Positions 1-8,212 of a stretch of 64,000 nt of DNA are shown here, piece after piece. The DNA is from a virus. The stretch lies in the IMG/VR virus record IMGVR_UViG_3300025154_000052, positions 32,001-96,000 of that record. One strand, given 5' to 3'. The position numbers and the translations under genes were made by a program. The stretch's first letter is position 1. Each line of letters opens with the position of its first letter. Under the pieces are notes generated by a model. The model made no database searches and was not told the origin of the DNA. It worked only from the letters and a program-made list of their open reading frames with translations.

Positions 1-96
1 GTGCGAGCCACGAAGGCGCAGTCTTGGAGAAAGCGTTCCTGCTCTTTGGTGGGGAACAGACGTATTCTGTGCGACCTTGATATGTTCACTTCCGCC

Positions 97-348
97 TCCA
101 CTCTACACTTTGCTACTCAGCATCCGCTGTCACGCGCCGGTGGTAAACAGATGGGCTGGATCGAGCAGCTCACAATGGTTCTCGCTACTCAGCATCCGCT
201 GTCACGCAGATCGGGGGGCGGTCATGATTACCAAACCTGTCACAATGGTTCTCGCTACTCAGCATCCGCTGTCACGTCTCTTTCCAGGCGGTTACGTCGC
301 ACACCTCTTCGGTCACAATGGTTCTCGCTACTCAGCATCCGCTGTCAC
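97..348 (-). CRISPR. Mini CRISPR array A: 3 full 37-bp repeats plus a degenerate trailer repeat, 3 spacers
   Basis: Repeat GTCACAATGGTTCTCGCTACTCAGCATCCGCTGTCAC at 169-205 (first base C), 239-275 and 312-348; partial copy 112-133. Spacers 35/33/36 bp. The reverse complement ends ATTGTGAC (class 1-type 8-nt handle). Leader on the right and decayed repeat on the left imply minus-strand transcription. Confidence 0.93.
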
Positions 349-520
349 TGCCTCACTAAATTTGTAAGGTGTAGCAACCATTTGCGAGCACGTAGCGCGA
401 ACCTTCGCGTTTCCAGTTGAGCGTCAACTATATCCGCGCTTATACCGATGTGTGCTCACCGGTAAATACCTGAAATCTATTGTTTATTTTTCTTGTCTAT
501 ACCTGCGCGAACCTGCCTGT
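349..520 (-). promoter_or_regulatory. Leader of array A
   Basis: Non-coding; GCGCGAACCT at 395-404 and 505-514; blocks shared with leader B; IHF-like site with 1 mismatch at 474-486. Confidence 0.7.
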
Positions 521-557
521 GTTTTGATGTTTGCTACAGGTCCGCGATCATTCTAGT

Positions 558-855
558 CACTCCCAACGATCAGCTATTGTCAGCCATTACCCATCTCATC
601 AGTGCCCTCAATGGCACTCCCAACGATCAGACATTGTCAGGTGTTGTGCACTGGTCGATCGGTTTTACCCAGACGCCCTCAATGGCACTCCCAACGATCA
701 GACATTGTCAGTGTTAGCTGTAAGTGAGGTTAAAGTGGCAAGTATCGTCCCTCAATGGCACTCCCAACGATCAGACATTGTCAGCCGGGACTGTGTCAGC
801 AGCAGCCGCACGCAGTGCGCCCTCAATGGCACTCCCAACGATCAGACATTGTCAG
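558..855 (-). CRISPR. Mini CRISPR array B: 4 full 36-bp repeats plus a degenerate trailer repeat, 3 full spacers and one 21-bp spacer
   Basis: Repeat CCCTCAATGGCACTCCCAACGATCAGACATTGTCAG at 605-640, 676-711, 749-784 and 820-855; partial copy 558-583. Spacers 21/35/37/35 bp. The reverse complement ends ATTGAGGG. Confidence 0.93.
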
Positions 856-990
856 GGCTGCCACCAAGACGCCAGCAATTCCAATGGCTTATGATCACGT
901 TTTCGAGCGCCTTCGCGTTTCCGGTTAAGGTTTAACCATTGACGCGCTTAAGCCGACGCTAAGTTCACCGGCTATCAACTAGTTGAACGT
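856..990 (-). promoter_or_regulatory. Leader of array B
   Basis: CCTTCGCGTTTCC at 910-922, at nearly the same distance from the repeat as in leader A; perfect IHF consensus TATCAACTAGTTG at 973-985. Confidence 0.7.
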
Positions 991-1107
991 CGTAACGTCC
1001 AATCCTGTATTCAGTTTTCAAAACTCGGTATAGACCATCTGGTCATGCGAGCGACCCCCGGGATCTGAGACATCGCCGGGCCGCTCGAAAAAGGATGTCG
1101 AAGGTGC

Positions 1108-1124
1108 TCTCATGAGTCATGAGA
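1108..1124. repeat. Perfect 8-1-8 palindrome TCTCATGA-G-TCATGAGA
   Basis: Read directly; lies between array B leader and the upstream gene. Confidence 0.6.
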
Positions 1125-1221
1125 ATTGGCCGATCACCGTAGAGCCTTAGCACCGACGACATGAACCCAGTCTAGCACGAATCATTAAACTAGTCTCTAA
1201 AATAATCCGTGCCAGGAGGTT

Positions 1222-1731
1222 TTAGTTCCCCATCGCCGCAAACGCCGCGTCGAACGGCGCTTCGTCCTCGGTCAACACGTCGATGTCGATCCACAGGCTC
1301 GAGTTCAGTCGATGGTAAAGAGCGTTCCACGTCGCCTCATCCAGTGCAGCGTCCACCTTGAATTCAAGGCAGGCGGACCCGCCCTGAACGAGGCACTTCA
1401 CCTTACCGGTAATGATGGCCTCGTTCAGGGTGATGACGGCGTGGTGAGTGTCCAGCGTGGCATGTAGACGAATAGTGAGAGGCGGGAAGGTGTCCTCAAG
1501 TTGGTCGTCCCAGCGGCGACCGTCAACACTGTCCTCGAGCCGCTGGCGAAGTCCTGGAAAGTGGGTCTCGACAGATTCGACGACCTCGTCCGGGACGTCT
1601 TCGTCGAGTTCAAGACGGAAGCCCATCTCCCCCCTGACTGCTCGCTCTCCCCGAAGTGGAGACACCTTGACCTTGTGGTGAGACCGAAACAAAGTGACCC
1701 GCACCCGCTTGAACGACTCGAACATATCCAC
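1222..1731 (-). CDS. Hypothetical acidic protein, 169 aa
   Basis: Clean ORF with its own promoter; no recognised motif. Confidence 0.75.
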   Translation of the reverse strand: MDMFESFKRVRVTLFRSHHKVKVSPLRGERAVRGEMGFRLELDEDVPDEVVESVETHFPGLRQRLEDSVDGRRWDDQLEDTFPPLTIRLHATLDTHHAVITLNEAIITGKVKCLVQGGSACLEFKVDAALDEATWNALYHRLNSSLWIDIDVLTEDEAPFDAAFAAMGN

Positions 1732-1756
1732 CCCACAGCAAAAAGACCACGGGTGT

Positions 1757-1784
1757 ATTATATCACGGGAGGGGAATGGATCAA
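1757..1784 (-). promoter_or_regulatory. Sigma70-type promoter
   Basis: TTGATC-N16-TATAAT with extended -10 TGn. Confidence 0.6.
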
Positions 1785-1835
1785 CAAAATTAAATGGTAG
1801 TTTAATCTATCCGTACATGCGGACAAAAAAAGGGG

Positions 1836-2333
1836 TCATGTGGTGATGGTCACTTCGATGCGTGCCGAGTCGGATTCGACCCACTCCCACGATCCCGCTC
1901 TCACCACACGAAGACGGTCATCCTTGATCACACCAGCCTTGACCATGGCGTCGAGCACGCTACCGATCGCGTTGTCGCCGTCACACGAACCAGCGCCACC
2001 GATGAGTTTCACATCCACGCGAACTCGCTCGAGTCGCATGGGTCCAGTCCATTGTGAAGTGATCTGCTTCTGTGCCTGCCTCAACCACTCGGTGTAATCG
2101 GCTGGCCGTCGAACGTCGATACCTCCTCCGTCGTCGATAAACGACCGTCCACGGGCTTTTCCCTTGGGTGGAAGGCTCAAGACAAGCATGTAGGTCTGAC
2201 CGCTCTCTACAACCGGGACAGTGGGCTTCCTGGCCGTGTTCGTTCGCCCGATCTTCCGGGTGTCGACCATCCGGAGATCTCCACCCGCCTCTTTCAGCAA
2301 CCGTCTGAACTCTTCCCGCGTAATGTCCGCCAT
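1836..2333 (-). CDS. rusA: RusA-like Holliday junction resolvase
   Basis: DGDNAIGSVLDAMVKAGVIKDD matches the RusA DxDN...D...G...DD motif. Confidence 0.8.
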   Translation of the reverse strand: MADITREEFRRLLKEAGGDLRMVDTRKIGRTNTARKPTVPVVESGQTYMLVLSLPPKGKARGRSFIDDGGGIDVRRPADYTEWLRQAQKQITSQWTGPMRLERVRVDVKLIGGAGSCDGDNAIGSVLDAMVKAGVIKDDRLRVVRAGSWEWVESDSARIEVTITT

Positions 2334-2428
2334 CGCTTCCGCTCCGATTTGTCGTGTAGAATCGGTCGTGATACAGTCGAATCTGTTGGAACCAACACAA
2401 CAGTCAATCCCTGTACAGGAGTAATTTC

Positions 2429-2761
2429 ATGGCTATCACAGTCGCAAATGATGCCGTTATCGGCGTCGTCCCGTCGTCCCCCAAGCGCACCATCCGTATG
2501 AAACTCACCGGAGACGCGACCTACGCAGCCGGTGGCTACACCCTCGGTCTCGGTGCGCGCGCCGGCTTCAAGGACCTGGGAACCGGCGTCAAGCCCAACA
2601 CCATCACCTTCGAGGGATGTACGGTGTTCACTCTGGCCGCCGCCTACGACCGGGCCAACGACAAGATCTACATCGTCGACTACTCGACCGGCGCCGAAGC
2701 GGCCGACAACCTGGGAGGCATCAACGGCGCGATCTTCTACTTCCAGGTGACCTTCGAGTAG
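2429..2761 (+). CDS. Small Gly/Ala/Thr-rich protein, possibly virion-associated
   Basis: AGGAG RBS; strongly C-ending codons; beta-rich composition; opposite strand to its neighbours. Confidence 0.65.
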   Translation: MAITVANDAVIGVVPSSPKRTIRMKLTGDATYAAGGYTLGLGARAGFKDLGTGVKPNTITFEGCTVFTLAAAYDRANDKIYIVDYSTGAEAADNLGGINGAIFYFQVTFE

Positions 2762-2763
2762 GA

Positions 2764-4137
2764 TCACCGTTCCAGATCCGAGAACCGCCCAGTCTCCTTC
2801 TCGAACATTACCTTCACGGTGCCAGTCGGGCCATTCCGCTGCTTTGCGATGATGATCTCGCACACCCCCTTCTGATCAGGATCGATGTCCTTGTTGTAGA
2901 CCTCGTCACGATACATGAACATGATGAGATCCGCGTCCTGCTCCAACGAACCACTCTCACGCAAATCAGACATAACAGGCCGTTTGTCTTGTCTACTCTC
3001 GAGACTTCGATTGAGTTGGGCCAGGGTGAGGCACGGCACCTCTAACTCTTTCGCCAGTCGCTTGAGTTCACGGCTACGCCGGGCGATCTCCTGCTCCCGG
3101 CTCCCGCCGATGTCGCTGTCATCCATCAACTGGATGTAGTCGAGGATGATCGCCTTGAGTTGGTACTTCTTGTGAGCGGCCCGGGCCTTGACTTTCAACT
3201 CTTCGATGGTTCCTGGCATCTCGTCGATGTAGATCGGCGCGTCGTAGATCCGATCTACGGCATCGTTCAGGAGTGCTGCTTCCTCGTCGGTCATCTGTCC
3301 GGTACGAACCGCCTGAGCATTGACACCGGACTCTGAACAGAGTAGCCGAAGGTGCAGTTGTAGCAGGCTCATCTCAACACTGAATATGGCCACCGGGTAG
3401 TTGTAAACCATCGCCATGTATCGGGCGAGGTACAACGCAAAGGCCGTTTTTCCCATCGACGGACGGCCCGCAAGGATGATCTGATCCGTGGGTTGAAGAC
3501 CAGCTGTAAGTCTGTCGAGTTCAGTCAACCCGGTGGGGACTCCGGTGATGGCTGCCTGATTATTCCGCAACCGCTGAATATGGTCCACGGTGGCCTGGGT
3601 GGCGTCAGCGATGGAGATCAACCCCTTCCCCGTCGTCTGCGCTTCCGCCAGTTCTTCACCGACCTGACTGGTGAAGGTGAGGAGTTCCCCCACAGGCGTT
3701 CCCATGTCGATAGACTTCTCGGAGAGACGCTTACCCGCGGCATATGCCTTTCTGCGAATGGCATCTTCCTTCACGGTCAAGGCATAGTGCCGGGCCCGGG
3801 ACGTGTCAGCGACATGCGTTGTAAGATCGGAGACATATTCCAGGCCACCCGCGACATCCACCCGATCCGCCTTTATCAGCGCTCGAGGTAGGGTTACTCC
3901 GTCGATGGGTGACGACTGGGCGTGCAACTCCACGATGGCCTGGAAGATCACCTGATGCCGTGGATTCCAGAAGTCAGCCGGCTTCACAAGGGTGAGCACA
4001 TCATCCACGACCGAATTGTCGATGATGATAGATCCGATCACGGCTCGCTCGGCAACTTCATCCCGGGGCAACGGGCTATTCGCTTCCGTCGTTCTGAGTC
4101 CTGGCCTTGTCCGCTCCCGCTTCTGCTCTTTCCTCAC
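2764..4137 (-). CDS. dnaB: Replicative DNA helicase DnaB
   Basis: ILAGRPSMGKT Walker A, IILDYIQL, LAQLNRSLESRQDKRPVMSDLRESGSLEQDAD, AKQRNGPTG. GTG start at 4137 overlaps the upstream stop, with a GGAGG RBS. Confidence 0.97.
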   Translation of the reverse strand: MRKEQKRERTRPGLRTTEANSPLPRDEVAERAVIGSIIIDNSVVDDVLTLVKPADFWNPRHQVIFQAIVELHAQSSPIDGVTLPRALIKADRVDVAGGLEYVSDLTTHVADTSRARHYALTVKEDAIRRKAYAAGKRLSEKSIDMGTPVGELLTFTSQVGEELAEAQTTGKGLISIADATQATVDHIQRLRNNQAAITGVPTGLTELDRLTAGLQPTDQIILAGRPSMGKTAFALYLARYMAMVYNYPVAIFSVEMSLLQLHLRLLCSESGVNAQAVRTGQMTDEEAALLNDAVDRIYDAPIYIDEMPGTIEELKVKARAAHKKYQLKAIILDYIQLMDDSDIGGSREQEIARRSRELKRLAKELEVPCLTLAQLNRSLESRQDKRPVMSDLRESGSLEQDADLIMFMYRDEVYNKDIDPDQKGVCEIIIAKQRNGPTGTVKVMFEKETGRFSDLER

Positions 4138-4886
4138 TGGTCGCCTCCCGAGAACGTTTTCAATTCGGCGCGATAGTTCGGGCCGGTAAAGGTAATTTGC
4201 TTGCCTTCGCACATCTGGAAGAGCCGATAAGCGACCCTTGCAGGGTAGACCTGTGCGACGTCTGCAAGGCTATGCTCAGACGTGACCACGGTAGGAAGCC
4301 GCCACAGAGCACGGTGGTCGATGATGTCGCAGATGAACGACTGGAGCCAGTCGGGGAGTCCTCCTTTCGTGCTGCCCAGATCGTCAATCACCAGTAGCCC
4401 GGCGTGTCTCCACTCCTTCCGAATGTCCGCCTTCGTTCCGGCATCCACGTCTGACTCTCGCATGAACCGGCCCGATCTCCCCGTGTGGCGAATGTGGTGC
4501 AGCAGTGCAGCTATCGCGGCAACAGTCTTCCCCCGCCCGGTCTTACCGCACAGATGGACAGACCCACCCGACTCAACGACCGACTGCAACTTCCTGAGTC
4601 GGTCCTCGTTCGTCTCGTTGATCAGACCATCCAATGTCAACGTCCAGAGATGGCTGGGCACACCAGACAGGGAGATCTCACGATGAACCGACTCTGCCCA
4701 TGCCTTGGCCGCTGTCTGCGCCTGCCGAGCCGCGCGACACGTCGAACAGGTCTGTAGTACCCACTGGCTTGTTGACAACGGCATCAGGCGATACTGGAGG
4801 GACGCTCCACACTCGCACTGAACCGGGTCAGGTTGCGGCGTGAGCGGGACAGCTCCTGCTTCCTTCCACCGTCGATACGATCCCAT
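4134..4886 (-). CDS. DnaC/IstB-like AAA+ helicase loader
   Basis: CGKTGRGKT Walker A, LLVIDDLG Walker B, PTVVTS, N-terminal Cys pairs; located between initiator and dnaB. Alternative TTG start at 4898. Confidence 0.85.
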   Translation of the reverse strand: MGSYRRWKEAGAVPLTPQPDPVQCECGASLQYRLMPLSTSQWVLQTCSTCRAARQAQTAAKAWAESVHREISLSGVPSHLWTLTLDGLINETNEDRLRKLQSVVESGGSVHLCGKTGRGKTVAAIAALLHHIRHTGRSGRFMRESDVDAGTKADIRKEWRHAGLLVIDDLGSTKGGLPDWLQSFICDIIDHRALWRLPTVVTSEHSLADVAQVYPARVAYRLFQMCEGKQITFTGPNYRAELKTFSGGDQ

Positions 4887-4911
4887 GTCAAAACTCAACA
4901 GCCTCCTCCTT

Positions 4912-6234
4912 TCACAATTCACGCACTTCGGGCATCTCGTCATGAATGTAGTACGTTTGGCCCTTTCGAATGTCGGGTAGGCGTTTTACAGGCTGTGCCG
5001 CCGCTTTTCTCCTGGCTATGGCCGCCTGGAGGTTGTCCATGCTTCCGAACAGCCGGATGAACGTGTACTTACCCTGTTCCTTCCAGTAGGTGTCCGCCGG
5101 AGCTCGCGCCCCGTCGATGTACTGGTCGCGAGGAGCGCCAGACGTGATCCACGCCTGTGCGGTCATGCGGACGGTGTTGTAGCCCCGTGCATCAAGGGCT
5201 GCCGGTTGTCCATGCGCTTCCGAGAACGCGACAAGGGAGTCGGCCACCAGCGAGAAGACATCTGGATCGGCAGGCTTGCGCTGGCACTCGGTGCCGTACC
5301 ACAGGCTGGACCACAACTTCACGAGTGACGAGTTTTTGAACCGCTCCTCGAGCATCGGCTTCGCCTTCCCGGTTCGGCGCTTCGTCGGCGTGGATGTGCC
5401 CTGTTGTGACTCTTCCATGGGCGGAACGGCATCCTCTCTGGCAGGCTCAGCCAATAACGAAACGGGCTCATCGTCAGCCGTAACGGGGGGTAGACTGCGT
5501 TCGCAGGACTGAGCGGCTGGGGTGGTAGCCGTTCGGGGGGGGCGGCCCGCTGACGGGGCGATATCGAGTCGGAGTTGCGGCCGGGCACGACGCGACGGGG
5601 TGGGTGCTATCCCCGATCCCGTTTTGGTTCCCGTTCCCGTATTCTCCCCCCGGTCCCCGACCTCTCTCTTCCCAGCGGTCCCCTCCCCGTTCCCCCGATC
5701 AGCCACGGTGCCCGCTCCGGGCTCGATGCCCCGATCCGCTACTGACTCGAGCGAAGCCGAGTCAGTTATTCCCCGTACCCTCTCCTCCCGAAGGGAGGAG
5801 ATATTGTTAGTAGGGTTAAGATCAGAAGAAGAAGTATTAATAATAGAATAGGTATTAGACGCGCGCGCGCGCGAGGGAGGTTTTTGGGAGGGAAGCGGGA
5901 GGAATTCGGGAGGGAGCGTGGAGGGATCAGGGCCTGAGAACCGCGCCATTACGGCATCGGCTGGGAGGAATGCTGGAGAAGTACTGGGAGGTTTTTGGGA
6001 GGGAAGCGGGAGGAATGCATTCGTATGTGCCAACCTTATGACTTGACGTGCTTTCCAGTCTGTCATCCCGGTGTGAGAAGAAAACCGCCGTCTACCCCAA
6101 TCGGCTTCATGTCCAGTGGCCAGAATCGCTTGATAGGCGATCTCGGCTAGCAGTTCATCGCATGGAGCGTCAGCGGTGTATCTGCCCGCAAGAAAGTGCT
6201 CGTATACGCGCTCGGCTTGAATAACGAGATGCAT
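4912..6234 (-). CDS. Phage replication initiator-like protein (lambda O-like)
   Basis: Position upstream of loader and dnaB; low-complexity linker with internal DNA repeats; GGAG RBS before ATG 6234. Confidence 0.7.
   Translation of the reverse strand: MHLVIQAERVYEHFLAGRYTADAPCDELLAEIAYQAILATGHEADWGRRRFSSHTGMTDWKARQVIRLAHTNAFLPLPSQKPPSTSPAFLPADAVMARFSGPDPSTLPPEFLPLPSQKPPSRARASNTYSIINTSSSDLNPTNNISSLREERVRGITDSASLESVADRGIEPGAGTVADRGNGEGTAGKREVGDRGENTGTGTKTGSGIAPTPSRRARPQLRLDIAPSAGRPPRTATTPAAQSCERSLPPVTADDEPVSLLAEPAREDAVPPMEESQQGTSTPTKRRTGKAKPMLEERFKNSSLVKLWSSLWYGTECQRKPADPDVFSLVADSLVAFSEAHGQPAALDARGYNTVRMTAQAWITSGAPRDQYIDGARAPADTYWKEQGKYTFIRLFGSMDNLQAAIARRKAAAQPVKRLPDIRKGQTYYIHDEMPEVREL
5801..6016. 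repeat. Probable replication origin: iterons, AT-rich tract and (CG)n run inside the initiator gene
   Basis: Identical 31-bp repeats at 5875-5905 and 5986-6016. GGGAGG at 5875, 5886, 5897, 5908, 5963, 5986, 5997 and 6008 (11-bp phasing). AT-rich 5801-5858; alternating CG ~5860-5873. Confidence 0.7.
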
Positions 6235-6244
6235 GATGTCTCCG

Positions 6245-6457
6245 CTACCGCTGACATGCCGGCTTATCGATACTGGACGTGCAACCGGAATTTGTTGCTG
6301 CATTCTCAATGGCTTCAATTGCCGCCAGTGGAATACGGATGGCACCACGCGGATGGAGTCGTATGGAGGGGATATCGCCGCGCCTGATAGCAGAATAGAC
6401 AACGCCTGGTTTAAGGTTCAGCCTGAACATCACATCTCTTGGTGACAAATACTTCAT
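6245..6457 (-). CDS. Excisionase/MerR-like HTH DNA-binding protein
   Basis: YLSPRDVMFRL...VYSAIRRGDIPSIRL...IRIP pattern (HTH_17-like). Confidence 0.75.
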   Translation of the reverse strand: MKYLSPRDVMFRLNLKPGVVYSAIRRGDIPSIRLHPRGAIRIPLAAIEAIENAATNSGCTSSIDKPACQR

Positions 6458-6602
6458 GTTTACCGCCTCCGCAAATCAGAGCTAATCGCAATCGAGATTT
6501 TACCCTGTGAAAAGGTGGCAGTCAATGAAAATAACTATCAAATAGTATTTGAATGATTGTCTTGGCAGGTAGGAGATGGCGATGGAAGAAGAGGATGATG
6601 GT

Positions 6603-7190
6603 CTAGAACGGGATGTCGTCGTCGAAGTTGGTATAGTCGCCATCGGACGGAGGCGGGGCATCGCCTGACACGGCGTCGGAGGACTGTCCGGAAGCCTGCT
6701 GTCCATCGTTCGGCTCTTCGGGGGCGAGTGGATCACCCAGTGCCGCGATATGCCGTTTCACGTCGAGGTAGTCCCCCGGTGTGATCTGGGCATAGGAGTA
6801 GGCGTCGATCTCCATGAACTTCGGGTTCTTGCCCTTCCGTATGGCGGCCTTGAACAGTCGGCCACCCATTGCGTCGAGAATCGCGTTGGCGTTATCGAAG
6901 TCAAACGGCTTATGGATTTGGTTCCCGTCCGCGTCTCGGTACGCGGCGCGGACCCAGTTGATGAATACCCAGCGCTGTTTTTCTGCCGCCGGGTTGAAAA
7001 AAGCACTGGTCTCCTGGTTGTGGATCAGCGCGCCCTTGTCGTTGTACCCGAAGCCGACGAAGATGCATTTCTTTCCTTGATCGTGCGGAATCACTTCCGC
7101 CAGGGCCAAGACGGCTGTCCCTTCGTCGCGAATGTACTTGGATTGTGTTGCAGAGTCGAATTTCGAATCGAACGGATCTTCTACTGTCAT
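6603..7190 (-). CDS. Single-stranded DNA-binding protein-like
   Basis: Acidic C-terminal DDDIPF tail; adjacent to recombinase. Confidence 0.7.
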   Translation of the reverse strand: MTVEDPFDSKFDSATQSKYIRDEGTAVLALAEVIPHDQGKKCIFVGFGYNDKGALIHNQETSAFFNPAAEKQRWVFINWVRAAYRDADGNQIHKPFDFDNANAILDAMGGRLFKAAIRKGKNPKFMEIDAYSYAQITPGDYLDVKRHIAALGDPLAPEEPNDGQQASGQSSDAVSGDAPPPSDGDYTNFDDDIPF

Positions 7191-7228
7191 ACTTTCTCCG
7201 AAAATGAATTGAGAACGTGAACTTGATA

Positions 7229-8122
7229 TCAGGTCAACCGCGAAACGGCACGTCTGCCGGTGCGCGGAGTAGATGAGGATGTCGTTTGTGAGACGTCTTC
7301 CCCTGTGGACCCGTCAAAAGCACCGGGCTTTTCATCCGTGATGGGGTGTACCTGGTCAGAGTCTTCCTTGTCCTGGCTTTCCCCTTTGATCCAAAGGGTC
7401 AGGAGGGACGCCACTTCGTCGCCCGGGTTGGCAAAGGTCTTGCCGTCCAGCGCAGGGACACGACACTTGCCGTTGAAGTGGAGCAGACGGCTGTCTTTCG
7501 TCTGTTCCAACTGGCAGATGATCTTGAACTGGTACTCATCCTCCGGGCGGAAGATGGCCTTTTCCCCGAGTTTCACGGGCACTGCCTTCTTGTTGCCACG
7601 GTCATCTACTCGTTCTTCGATCCCGGTCTTGATGGAACTCTTGGCGGTCACAAGTACAGGGAGCCCGAGTTTGTTCATTTCCTCGAGCAACCGTTCGTGA
7701 CGCGGTGTCATCACCGACCATGGGTTTGCGCGGGATGTCTCCTTGAGTTTGTCGATCTCCCGGAGGATGCCCCCGGACTCGTTCCATTCAGAACTCAGGG
7801 AGTCGATCCCGACTACCGAATAGCCGGCCGATTTCACCTCGTAGAGCGCCGCGATGAAGCGCTCGGGAGTGTAGGGTGCGTCAAGGGGGAGTACGTCGAA
7901 GTCGAAGTGCTCCTGATAGTCCAGGGTGGATGTGGATTCGGTATCGATCACGCAGAGGCGACCGTCACCGGGCTTACCATTGCCGCGTTTGAGCAGTGCC
8001 GCAAGCGGACACCCGATCTTCAGGAGGGAGAAGGTCTTACCCGACCAAGGAAGACCCCACATGAACATGACGAGATGTCGATACCGGTTGGTGCGCGCGT
8101 CCCGCGCTCTGATGATGGCCAC
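7229..8122 (-). CDS. AAA_24/Sak4-like recombinase ATPase
   Basis: GLPWSGKT Walker A, VIDTE, GIDSLSSEW. Confidence 0.8.
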   Translation of the reverse strand: MAIIRARDARTNRYRHLVMFMWGLPWSGKTFSLLKIGCPLAALLKRGNGKPGDGRLCVIDTESTSTLDYQEHFDFDVLPLDAPYTPERFIAALYEVKSAGYSVVGIDSLSSEWNESGGILREIDKLKETSRANPWSVMTPRHERLLEEMNKLGLPVLVTAKSSIKTGIEERVDDRGNKKAVPVKLGEKAIFRPEDEYQFKIICQLEQTKDSRLLHFNGKCRVPALDGKTFANPGDEVASLLTLWIKGESQDKEDSDQVHPITDEKPGAFDGSTGEDVSQTTSSSTPRTGRRAVSRLT

Positions 8123-8166
8123 TTCCGCCTCCGCTATAAGTTGTCGCCGTCGTCGTCAACAACAAT

Positions 8167-8208
8167 AGTGTACCATGCGGTAAGCGTAAATACAAACTAT
8201 TTTTTTAA
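8167..8208 (-). promoter_or_regulatory. Sigma70-type promoter with upstream A-tract
   Basis: TTAAAAAA-N5-TTGTAT-N17-TACACT. Confidence 0.6.
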
Positions 8209-8212
8209 TGGT

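Noticed and set aside
711-721. 11-nt match of an array B repeat/spacer junction (reverse complement ACAGCTAACAC) to 43660-43670 in the leftward promoter
   Set aside because: Several 11-mer hits are expected by chance given ~230 nt of spacers and 128 kb of both strands, and the flanks do not extend. I could not run a full self-targeting search, so self-targeting is neither shown nor excluded.
1-935. ORFs 1..420, 77..367, 493..717 and 531..935
   Set aside because: They are translations through the CRISPR repeats (repeating peptides), with no RBS or protein features.
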